A DNA stretch of 32,000 bases from Candidatus Kuenenia stuttgartensis (GTDB taxonomy: Bacteria; Planctomycetota; Brocadiia; Brocadiales; Brocadiaceae). The position numbers and the translations under genes are program-made. Shown here piece after piece: positions 7,938 through 15,719 of the stretch. The stretch covers positions 3,480,001 to 3,512,000 of the forward strand of contig NZ_LT934425.1 of the NCBI RefSeq assembly GCF_900232105.1, written 5' to 3'. A model generated the notes under the pieces. It did not search any database. It saw nothing but the letters and a program-made list of their open reading frames with translations, and was not told the DNA's origin. Each line of letters starts with the position of its first letter. The stretch's first letter is position 1.

Positions 7938-8700
7938 AATTCCGGGGACATCATACTTAATTATTGACTTTGTTATTAGAATAGCTAAGAGGTGGTCATG
8001 TCCAGGATTGCTCGTGTGGTAATTCCAGAAGTACCGCATCATATCACTCAGCGAGGAAATCGTCGTTTGCAGACATTCTTTTTGCGATGAAGATTATGAG
8101 GCATACATAAACTTGATTGCCCAGTGGTGTACGCACTGGGACGTTGAAGTGTGGGCCTTTTGCCTGACGCCAAATCATATACACCTGAGATTGCGGTACA
8201 ACCTTCTGAGAAGGCGCTTAGTCAGGTGATTGGCGAAGCGCATCGGCGCTACACGCGTCGCGTAAACTTCCTGGAAGGCTGGAGAGGGCACCTGCGGCAA
8301 GGACGTTTTGCCTCTTTCCCCATGGATAAAACCCATTTGTACTTAGCTGCACGCTATGTTGAACTGAATCCTGTCAGAGCAAAGTCGGTTAAGAAACCGC
8401 AGGAATATCGATGGAGCAGCGCATACGCATACATGCCGGGCGGGATGACCGGCTTGTGCATGTGGCTCCGTTGCTGGAGATATTTGGTAAGTGGGGTGAT
8501 TTTCTTTCCAGAGGTCTATCGGATGAGGAAATCGAAGCGTTTCAATGTCACTAGCGGACAGGGAGACCTCTTGGCACGGACACTTTTATAGCCCGGCTTG
8601 AAAATGTCCCTGGACGAATACTCCATAAGCAGAAACCTGGGCCCAAGGGTATAAAAGAAAAAAAGGAATCTCCAAAATTAAGTAAGGTGTTCCCGGAATT
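7938..8700 (+). mobile_element. RAYT/Y1-transposase unit bounded by 25-bp inverted repeats
   Basis: AATTCCGGGGACATCATACTTAATT (7938-7962) matches the reverse complement of 8676-8700 (AATTCCGGGAACACCTTACTTAATT) at 22 of 25 positions. The repeats enclose the frameshifted transposase gene. Confidence 0.6.
7998..8660 (+). pseudogene. COG1943 / REP-associated tyrosine transposase (RAYT)-like gene, multiply frameshifted
   Basis: The reading MSRIARVVIPEVPHHITQRGNRRLQTFF, then DEDYEAYINLIAQW...PNHIHL (HUH motif), then SEKALSQVIGEAHRRYTRRVN...ARYVELNPVRA (catalytic Tyr region), then RDDRLVHVAPLLEIFG...RTGRPLGTDTFIARLE needs at least 3 frame changes and crosses 1 stop. The track ORF 8151-8591 is only the middle piece. 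Confidence 0.8.
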
Positions 8701-8846
8701 ACCCCCCGGAATTACCCATCACATATAACATATCTTAGGTCACAGCGTCTCCGTAATTATCCAGAATTTCAAAATACATTTTACTATATATAACGGTATC
8801 CATTATAATGCGGATGTATGGGTAATGCAAAAAGAGAGGAAGCCTG

Positions 8847-9140
8847 GTGATACAATCATTCCATGATAAGGGGACAGAGGATATTTTTGATAGAAAAAAC
8901 ACCAGAGAGGCGCGTAAGACCTGTCCGCAACAAATCTGGCGAGCGGCGCAACGAAAGCTCGATCAACTTAATGGAGTTGTTTCTTTAGGTTCGCTGAAAA
9001 TTCCACCGGGAAACATGCTGGAAGTTCTTAAAGATGATCGAAAGGGACAGCACAGTATACGGATTAACGATCAGTTCCGAGTTTGTTTTGTGTGGGCTGA
9101 TGATGGTGTAGATAACGTCGAAATTACAGATTACCACTAA
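8847..9140 (+). CDS. higB: HigB-like toxin (plasmid maintenance system killer, RelE/ParE superfamily)
   Basis: The 97-aa sequence FHDKGTEDIF...QHSIRINDQFRVCFVW...VEITDYH is typical HigB. The toxin-first gene order, with an HTH antitoxin 18 nt downstream, also fits. A TTACTA-17-TATAAT promoter candidate lies at 8781-8809. Confidence 0.8.
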   Translation: MIQSFHDKGTEDIFDRKNTREARKTCPQQIWRAAQRKLDQLNGVVSLGSLKIPPGNMLEVLKDDRKGQHSIRINDQFRVCFVWADDGVDNVEITDYH

Positions 9141-9158
9141 ATAATAAGGAGAAAGAGT

Positions 9159-9476
9159 ATGGTTCGTATACCAAAAAATGGTCCGCCTACGCATCCGGGC
9201 GAAATGTTATTGGAGGAATTTCTCAAACCTCTGCATATGACGCAGCGCGAGTTGGCAGAAAAGCTTGGGGTTTCATATCCGCGTGTTAATGAACTGATTC
9301 ATGGAAAACGCGGGATGACTCCAGACACTGCGCTTCGTCTGGAGAAACTTTTCGGCATGGACGCACAGTTTTGGCTTAATTTGCAGTTGGCATGGGATCT
9401 CTATCATGTAACCCACTCATCAACTGCGAAGGAGATACAAAAGATAAAAAGATTGCCTGCTTTTATCCATGTCTGA
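9159..9476 (+). CDS. higA: HigA-family antitoxin (XRE-type HTH)
   Basis: HPGEMLLEEFLKPLHMTQRELAEKLGVSYPRVNELIHGKRGMTPDTALRLEKLFG is the HigA/VapI HTH signature. Confidence 0.85.
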   Translation: MVRIPKNGPPTHPGEMLLEEFLKPLHMTQRELAEKLGVSYPRVNELIHGKRGMTPDTALRLEKLFGMDAQFWLNLQLAWDLYHVTHSSTAKEIQKIKRLPAFIHV

Positions 9477-9606
9477 CCACTTCATTAAGAGAATAGAGAA
9501 AGCAAACGGGGGTCGCGCCTATATATTTTACCATTTTTAATAAGACGCTAATTTGCGCAGATTAACGCAGATACTCTTATTAAATTCAATATTTCATAAC
9601 AACCTG

Positions 9607-9954
9607 GTCCACCGCATATATGGAAGGTAATGATAAGTAAACATGCCCATAAAACAGAATGCCATTGAAATTGTAAAAACATTGCAGGATAAAGGTTTTG
9701 AAGCCTTTTTTGCGGGCGGATGTGTGCGCGATATGATTATGAGGAGGGAATCTGCCGATTACGATATTGCCACGAATGCCCTTCCCCGGGACATTATGAA
9801 TCTCTTTAAAAAAACCTTTTCCGTAGGTGCGCAATATGGCGTGGTGGTTGTTGTAAAAGATGGACATAATTTTGAGGTTGCTACATTTCGCACAGAAAAA
9901 TCTTATAGTGACGGACGGCATCCGGATTATGTGTCCTTCAGCACTGCCGAAGAA
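9607..9954 (+). pseudogene. truncated duplicate of the cca 5' region (38 bp upstream plus the first 104 codons)
   Basis: It aligns base-for-base with 15684-16031 over 348 bp. I counted 9 mismatches by eye and no indels. The reading frame leaves cca sequence after GAAGAA at 9954 and runs into element A copy 2. Confidence 0.85.
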
Positions 9955-10133
9955 TACATAATAACAGGAAAGGGGTCGCATCTGGATACTCATGATCGAG
10001 CAACGACTTGTAAAAGATCATAAATTACATAAATAATTCAAGAAAATATTGTCTAATGTCCGGATGTGACCCTTATTTTCTACACGATAATTTTATATGA
10101 TAATAGTGATTTTCTCAAGTTATCAGGGCAATT
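9955..10133 (+). mobile_element. 'element A' copy 2 (5'-truncated Y1-transposase remnant)
   Basis: 9996-10133 matches 5984-6121 with 6 mismatches in 138 bp. The preceding ~40 bp still resemble the NRGNRR/DIFLD-coding part of copy 1. It is fused directly to the truncated cca copy. Confidence 0.6.
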
Positions 10134-10196
10134 GATTGTGATAATCAATGGTTGGAAAGAAAAATACTCCAAAACCAATTTAACACTTAAATAAAA

Positions 10197-10784
10197 GTGG
10201 ATATGAGTAACATAGCAATATCATTTATGGAAAAGAGAGATATTGAAGAATCAGCGAGAGTTCTCAGCGTCGCCATGACAGAAAATCCAATACACCTTGC
10301 TGTTTTTCAAAATTCTAATGAAAACGTTCGGATTGAAATTGAAAACTATTTTAAAAAACTTTTGAGCGATAAACCTGGAATAGTTTTTATCGCAAAGGCA
10401 AATCAAAATATTATCGGTGTGGTGAGAATGTGCTCGTGTTATGGGAAAAACACGATAAATGATACAGAGGTCTCTATTGATGAAACTAATATTGATTGGA
10501 GAAGAGATATTTGGATTAACGAGTGGTCTCGTCGGGATCCAAAAGATCAACATTGGCATTTAGGGCCAATTGGAGTTCTACCCACACATCAGGGAGTTGG
10601 CGTTGGTTCAATGCTTATGGAACGTTTTTGCTCAGAGGTAGATGCATGTATGGCGAACGCATATTTGGAAACAGACAAAGATGTCAATGTTGTTTTTTAT
10701 CAGAAATTTGGATTTAAAACTATTTCTGAGTCTATGATATTCGGGGTTAAAAACTGGTATATGTTACGATTATCAAGATTATGA
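10197..10784 (+). CDS. GNAT-family N-acetyltransferase
   Basis: The acetyl-CoA motif A region GVLPTHQGVGVGSMLMERF is followed by YLETDKDVNVVFYQKFGF. The start could be GTG 10197 or ATG 10203. The segment is A+T-rich. Confidence 0.8.
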   Translation: MDMSNIAISFMEKRDIEESARVLSVAMTENPIHLAVFQNSNENVRIEIENYFKKLLSDKPGIVFIAKANQNIIGVVRMCSCYGKNTINDTEVSIDETNIDWRRDIWINEWSRRDPKDQHWHLGPIGVLPTHQGVGVGSMLMERFCSEVDACMANAYLETDKDVNVVFYQKFGFKTISESMIFGVKNWYMLRLSRL

Positions 10785-10849
10785 TCTCATCGTAAAACAA
10801 ATAACGGTGGCAAATCAAAACAGTGTTTCCATATGATATTACAACTAAT

Positions 10850-12708
10850 CCTAAAACAAGCGTAATTTTTTAATCTGAGAGAGTTAAAGTAGGTTGAAAA
10901 GCCTGAATTTACTGGTTAAGATAGTGATATGTAAAAATTCCGATAACCAGAAAAAGGGGCATTTCAGATGAGTAAAATAGCAGCAAGAAAATATAACAAG
11001 ATATTGAGAAGAAAGAAACGGAAAATAGAGAAACGGTTAAAGAGAAAGCAATGGGGAGATCAGAAGCATCCGATGTTCACGGCAAAGAACATTCATTACG
11101 AGATAGCCGCGAATAGCCAGGCAATTGCCTGTGGTGGTATAGGCGTAATCCATCAAATGGCAATAAGAAGTGGATTGGTAAAAGAGATAGACGAGAATCT
11201 TGAGTTACTCAAAAGGCATATACCGTATCATGAATCGGATCATATATTGAATATAGCGTACAATGTGCTTTCAGGGAATGTGCGGTTAGAAGACATAGAG
11301 TTGCATCGGCAAGACAGCGGCTATTTGGATGCGTTGGGTGCAGAGCGGATACCTGATCCTACAACGGCGGGAGATTTTACAAGGCGGTTTGACCGTAATG
11401 ATATTGAGAAGCTGATGGAGATTATCAACAGGGTACGAGAGCGTGTGTGGGAGGAAGGGCGGAAAGAGGCATTGGAAGAAGCGTTGATAGATGTGGATGG
11501 AACGATAGTGGGGACATACGGAGAATGTAAAGAGGGGATGGATATATCGTACAAGGGGATATGGGGATATACGCCACTCATTGTGTCATTGGCAAACACG
11601 AAGGAAGTGTTGTATATTGAGAATCGTCCGGGAAACGTACCGAGCCATAGCGGCGCAGTGGAGTGGATAGACAGGGCAATAAACTTGGTAAAACCACATG
11701 CGGAGAGGGTTTGTTTAAGGGGAGACACAGACTTTTCATTGACAGGGAATTTTGATCGCTGGTCAGAGCAAGTGGACTTTGTGTTTGGGATGGATGCACG
11801 AGGTGGGCTAATAAAACTAGCCGGGGAGTTGCCGGAAGATGCATGGAAAGAACTAAAGCGTAAACCGAAATACAAGGTAAAAACAGAGGAAAGGCAGAAA
11901 CCTGAAAATATAAAAGAACGGATAGTTAAAGAACGTGAATACAAGAATATTCGGTTAGAGAGTGAGCAAGTGGCTGAGTTTGAATATCGGCCTGAGAAAT
12001 GCAAGAAGAGTTATAGGGTGATAGTGCTGAGAAAAAATCTGAGTGTGGAAAAAGGTCAGAAACGATTATTTGACGACATTCGTTATTTTTTCTATATAAC
12101 GACACTGAGGGACAGGACGGCAGAAAAGATAGTAGAGTTGGCAAACGGTAGGTGTGATCAGGAGAATGTAATAGAGCAGTTGAAGAACGGGGTAAATGCG
12201 ATGAAGTTGCCTGTAAGGGATTTGGAAAGCAACTGGGCATACATGGTAATAGCGTCATTGGCTTGGAACTTCAAGGCATGGTTTGGCATGTTGATGCCAA
12301 ATGTAGGAAGGGGAGAGCAGGTGTTAAAGATGGAGTTTCGGCGGTTTCTCAATACTCTGATAATGATTCCCTGCCAAATAGTGAAGACAGGGCGTAAGAT
12401 TGTATATCGAATGCTCGGATATAATGACTGGTTAAAGGATTTTTTTGCAACGTGGGAACGAATCCGAAGATTAAAACTGTGCATGGAATAGTAGTTTAAC
12501 AGTAAAAAAGAAAAGGAAAGCAGAAGAAGAGCGGGAGCGGTACGTAATCACCTTGCAAAAGTATGGTAGTTTTCTCTATCAATAGTAATATTTTTCTTTT
12601 TAGTAAGTTTTTTCGCGACGAAACAAACAAAAAATACATTTAGAGACGCATAATAGTCCAAAATATTATCCCATTGTGTGTAGAGTGTTAAATCGCGCTT
12701 GTTTTAGG
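10850..12708 (+). mobile_element. IS1380-family insertion sequence, apparently intact (1859 bp)
   Basis: The terminal inverted repeats are CCTAAAACAAGCG (10850-10862) and CGCTTGTTTTAGG (12696-12708). They are flanked by the direct repeat ACTAAT (10844-10849 and 12709-12714). There is a single long transposase ORF. Confidence 0.8.
10968..12491 (+). CDS. IS1380-family DDE transposase
   Basis: The sequences [35 protein letters not shown]...[21 protein letters not shown] and [45 protein letters not shown] match the IS1380 pattern as I remember it. Confidence 0.85.
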   Translation: MSKIAARKYNKILRRKKRKIEKRLKRKQWGDQKHPMFTAKNIHYEIAANSQAIACGGIGVIHQMAIRSGLVKEIDENLELLKRHIPYHESDHILNIAYNVLSGNVRLEDIELHRQDSGYLDALGAERIPDPTTAGDFTRRFDRNDIEKLMEIINRVRERVWEEGRKEALEEALIDVDGTIVGTYGECKEGMDISYKGIWGYTPLIVSLANTKEVLYIENRPGNVPSHSGAVEWIDRAINLVKPHAERVCLRGDTDFSLTGNFDRWSEQVDFVFGMDARGGLIKLAGELPEDAWKELKRKPKYKVKTEERQKPENIKERIVKEREYKNIRLESEQVAEFEYRPEKCKKSYRVIVLRKNLSVEKGQKRLFDDIRYFFYITTLRDRTAEKIVELANGRCDQENVIEQLKNGVNAMKLPVRDLESNWAYMVIASLAWNFKAWFGMLMPNVGRGEQVLKMEFRRFLNTLIMIPCQIVKTGRKIVYRMLGYNDWLKDFFATWERIRRLKLCME

Positions 12709-12728
12709 ACTAATTATGGGAAAACAGT

Positions 12729-13023
12729 GTAAAAATTTCGTAACACTTTAGTTTTTTGGAAAATGTACTACCTATAAGCTCCGTAGGAGCAGCCTGTTTG
12801 TAGCAAAATAGGATATTATAACAGAGATTAGCTCTGTTAGGAGCGACCTGTCTCTTGTAAATCCATATAAACAGGTCTACCTGAATACGGACAGGCCGCT
12901 CCTACGGAGCTATTTACCTTATTGAATTTTATTGCGCTACAAACAGACCGCCCCTAACAGGGCTACATGGTATTTTTTCTATCCCGGGAATTTTTCAAAA
13001 AACTAAAGTGTTACAAAATTTCC
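12729..13023. mobile_element. MITE-like element, family B, copy 1 (about 295 bp)
   Basis: The ~30-bp terminal inverted repeats are AAATTTCGTAACACTTTAGTTTTTTGGAAAA and TTTTTCAAAAAACTAAAGTGTTACAAAATTT. The interior holds four ~28-nt units at 12777, 12830, 12887 and 12936. Units 1 and 3 are mutually inverted, as are units 2 and 4. Confidence 0.65.
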
Positions 13024-13165
13024 AACATTTTGCTACACCGGACCTTCACCGTGCGTCTGCGGCATACGGTGAAGGCCAGTGAGCTTGTCGTTGTGCTGCG
13101 TGCGCCTGCGCTAAAGAAGCCGAAACTTTAAGCACCCACGGGATTATCTAAATTCTTCGCTTGGC

Positions 13166-13196
13166 TTGACAGTTACTCGAAGGTTGTAACTTACTT
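13166..13196 (+). promoter_or_regulatory. candidate promoter with a dyad operator upstream of the Cu-ATPase
   Basis: TTGACA (13166-13171) is followed by the dyad AGTTAC-N9-GTAACT (13171-13191) and then TAACTT/TTACTT. The layout is reminiscent of metal-sensor (MerR/CueR-type) promoters, but the spacing is ambiguous. Confidence 0.3.
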
Positions 13197-13232
13197 TGTG
13201 TGCGCCAAGGATTTATGGAACAGGAGGGGAAA

Positions 13233-15542
13233 ATGACTGCAAATCATTCATTTGAAACGGAAAAACTCGTTGATCCAATCTGCGGCATGGCGGTCGCGCC
13301 GGAAACCGCCGCAGGAAAATATGATTTTCAAGGCGAAACTTATTACTTTTGCTCGACGGGTTGCTTGAACAAATTTAGGCAAAACCCGCAAAATTTTCTC
13401 GAAGGGAAGAAAAACGAAAAGCAAGCGGAGGAAAGCGCGAGCGCGGAATACACTTGCCCTATGCACCCTGAAATCGTGCAAATCGGCCCCGGAACCTGCC
13501 CGAAATGCGGAATGGCGCTGGAGCCGAAAATATTTAGCCTGGACGATGCGCCCGACCCGGAATACGTTGACATGACGCGGCGCTTCTGGATTTGCGCCGT
13601 TTTTACCATTCCGGTTTTTATTCTGGCGATGGGCGAAATGCTGCCGAATTTCCATTCGTTTATTTCACCTGAAATTTCAATTTGGATTCAATTCGTTTTA
13701 GCGATGCCCGTTGTGCTGTGGGGCGGATTTCCGTTTTTCAAGCGCGGCTGGACGTCCGTTAAAAACGCCAGTCCAAATATGTTCACGCTGATCGCTCTCG
13801 GCACGGGCGCGGCTTATCTTTACAGTCTTTTCGCCCTGTTTTTCCCGCACTTTTTCCCGGCTTCAATGCAGGACGAACACACTGGATTGATCGGCGTTTA
13901 TTTTGAAGCGGCGGCGGTGATTACAACGCTTGTTTTGCTCGGACAAGTTTTAGAGCTGCGCGCCAGAAGTCAAACCTCCAGCGCGATAAAAGGACTTTTA
14001 GAGCTTGCTCCCGAAACGGCCATCGTCGTCTCAGATGGCGGCATGGAAGAAGAAATTGCGCTTCAGGACGTGCCAATCGGAGCGACGCTACGCGTGCGCG
14101 CAAATGAAAAAATCCCGACCGACGGTGTGATTTTGCAGGGCGAAACAGCGATTGACGAATCATTAGTTACCGGCGAATCCATTCCGGTTGAAAAACAGGT
14201 GGGCGATAAAGTCATCGGCGGCACGATTAACGGCGGGCGCCCTCTTTTAATGCGGGCGGAAAAAGTCGGCAGCGACACGCTGCTTGCGCAAATCGTCCGC
14301 ATGGTCGGCGAAGCGCAACGCTCGCGCGCCCCGATCCAAAGACTTGCCGATGTCGTTTCGGCGTATTTCGTTCCAGCGGTAATTTTGGTGGCGATTGCGG
14401 CATTCATCGTCTGGCTGATTTTAGGCTCGCTTACTTACGCGCTCGTCGCGGCGGTTTCGGTTTTGATTATCGCCTGCCCGTGCGCTCTCGGTTTGGCGAC
14501 ACCTATGTCCATCATGGTAGGTACTGGTCGCGGCGCGCGCGCCGGCGTTCTGGTCAAAAAAGCCGAAGCGTTAGAGGTTCTGGAAAAGGTCAATGTGATC
14601 GTTGTTGATAAAACGGGAACTTTGACCGAAGGAAAACCGCGCCTGCAAAAAACGATTTCGCTTTCCGGTGTGGATGAAAAAGACGTTCTGCGTTTCGCCG
14701 CCAGCCTCGAAAAATCAAGCGAGCATCCGTTGGCGGCAGCCATCATCAAAGGCGCGGAAGAAGAAAACGTCCGATTAGCAGCGGTCGACAGTTTCGAATC
14801 CGTCACCGGCAAAGGCATTTTTGGAACGATTGAGGGCAAAAAAGTTCTGGTTGGCAACACCAAACTCATGCAGGACAACAATGTGGACTTTCCGGCGGAC
14901 GGAAAAGCTGACGAATTGCGCCTCGAAGGTCAAACCGTAATGTTTGTGGCGGTGGACGGGGAACCCGCCGGACTTGTCGGCGTGGCGGATACGATTAAAG
15001 AATCCGCCAGAGAAGCGATCAACGAACTGCACCGGCAAAAAATCAAGGTAGTGATGATGACGGGTGACAACGCGAAAACCGCCGGCGCGGTGGCGCGGAA
15101 ATTAAACATTGACCAGGTTTTCGCCGACATTCTGCCCGACCAGAAAGCCGACAAAGTAAAACAATTGCAAGCGCAGGGAAAAATCGTGGCAATGGCTGGC
15201 GACGGCGTAAATGACGCGCCAGCACTGGCACAGGCTGATGTCGGAATCGCTATGGGAACAGGCACGGACGTGGCGATGCAGTCGGCTGACATCACGCTTT
15301 TAAAAGGCGATTTGCGCGGCATTCTGAGGGCCAAAACATTAAGCCGCGCGACGATGCAAAACATCCGGCAAAATCTCTTTCTCGCGTTTGTTTACAACGT
15401 CCTCGGCATTCCGATTGCGGCGGGAGTACTCTACCCATTCACCGGCTGGCTGCTCTCGCCGATGATCGCGGCGGCGGCGATGACCTTCAGTTCCATTTCG
15501 GTGATTATGAACGCTCTGCGACTGAGGAATTTGCAGTTGTAA
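13233..15542 (+). CDS. copA: Cu(I)/Ag(I)-type P1B heavy-metal translocating ATPase
   Basis: Motifs present: CPC in [13 protein letters not shown], the phosphorylation site DKTGTLT, TGDN and [10 protein letters not shown]. The N-terminus has a TRASH/YHS-type C-X22-C-X3-C (CGMAV...YYFCSTGC) followed by [21 protein letters not shown] prefer the ATG at 13233 (GGAGG at 13223-13227) over the track's GTG at 13200. Confidence 0.9.
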   Translation: MTANHSFETEKLVDPICGMAVAPETAAGKYDFQGETYYFCSTGCLNKFRQNPQNFLEGKKNEKQAEESASAEYTCPMHPEIVQIGPGTCPKCGMALEPKIFSLDDAPDPEYVDMTRRFWICAVFTIPVFILAMGEMLPNFHSFISPEISIWIQFVLAMPVVLWGGFPFFKRGWTSVKNASPNMFTLIALGTGAAYLYSLFALFFPHFFPASMQDEHTGLIGVYFEAAAVITTLVLLGQVLELRARSQTSSAIKGLLELAPETAIVVSDGGMEEEIALQDVPIGATLRVRANEKIPTDGVILQGETAIDESLVTGESIPVEKQVGDKVIGGTINGGRPLLMRAEKVGSDTLLAQIVRMVGEAQRSRAPIQRLADVVSAYFVPAVILVAIAAFIVWLILGSLTYALVAAVSVLIIACPCALGLATPMSIMVGTGRGARAGVLVKKAEALEVLEKVNVIVVDKTGTLTEGKPRLQKTISLSGVDEKDVLRFAASLEKSSEHPLAAAIIKGAEEENVRLAAVDSFESVTGKGIFGTIEGKKVLVGNTKLMQDNNVDFPADGKADELRLEGQTVMFVAVDGEPAGLVGVADTIKESAREAINELHRQKIKVVMMTGDNAKTAGAVARKLNIDQVFADILPDQKADKVKQLQAQGKIVAMAGDGVNDAPALAQADVGIAMGTGTDVAMQSADITLLKGDLRGILRAKTLSRATMQNIRQNLFLAFVYNVLGIPIAAGVLYPFTGWLLSPMIAAAAMTFSSISVIMNALRLRNLQL

Positions 15543-15585
15543 TTTCCACCACGTGCCGATGAACACCTCATTTAGCTGGAGCGTA

Positions 15586-15619
15586 ATAGCTGTAAAGGGA
15601 GTACTCGCTTCACAGCTAT
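15586..15619 (+). terminator. hairpin downstream of the ATPase (possible terminator)
   Basis: ATAGCTGTAAAG-N10-CTTCACAGCTAT pairs at 11 of 12 positions. No T-tract follows, so its role as an intrinsic terminator is doubtful. Confidence 0.25.
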
Positions 15620-15719
15620 CGTCGCTCGAACATGGTCGCTTGAGCTATCCCGCTTTTCGGGTGCCGGAACCGATTAACACGCAGTCCACCGCATATATGG
15701 AAGGTAATGATAAGTAAAC

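Noticed and set aside
8151-8591. A 146-aa ORF offered as a stand-alone gene.
   Set aside because: It is the central frame of the frameshifted RAYT-like pseudogene. Its N- and C-terminal ends are out-of-frame read-through.
9477-9606. I looked for a third attC site after higA that would make higBA a cassette.
   Set aside because: There is only a weak 7-bp hairpin (CGCTAAT...ATTAACG) and no RYYYAAC/GTTRRRY pair in the right geometry.
9586-9993. Minus-strand ORFs of 135 aa here and 117 aa at 15645-15998.
   Set aside because: Both are antisense to the cca copies and are mirror duplicates of each other only because the DNA is duplicated.
9643-10023. A 126-aa ORF that could be read as a short nucleotidyltransferase.
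   Set aside because: It is the duplicated first 104 codons of cca fused to element A sequence. It lacks the rest of the head domain and the HD domain.
11321-12484. Several minus-strand ORFs (227, 88, 110 and 108 aa) inside the IS.
   Set aside because: They are antisense to the transposase, which has clear IS1380-type motifs. Their products are Ser/Pro/Leu-rich with no recognisable domains.
12777-12964. Four ~28-nt similar units spaced about 54 bp apart looked at first like a mini CRISPR array.
   Set aside because: Units 3 and 4 are reverse complements of units 1 and 2, the units are only about 80% similar, and the block lies inside terminal inverted repeats. It is a MITE interior, not a direct-repeat array. 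No cas genes are present.
13248-15566. Many 60-150-aa ORFs on both strands within the ATPase gene.
   Set aside because: The G+C-rich sequence suppresses stop codons in off-frames. Only the 13233-15542 frame has P-type ATPase motifs.
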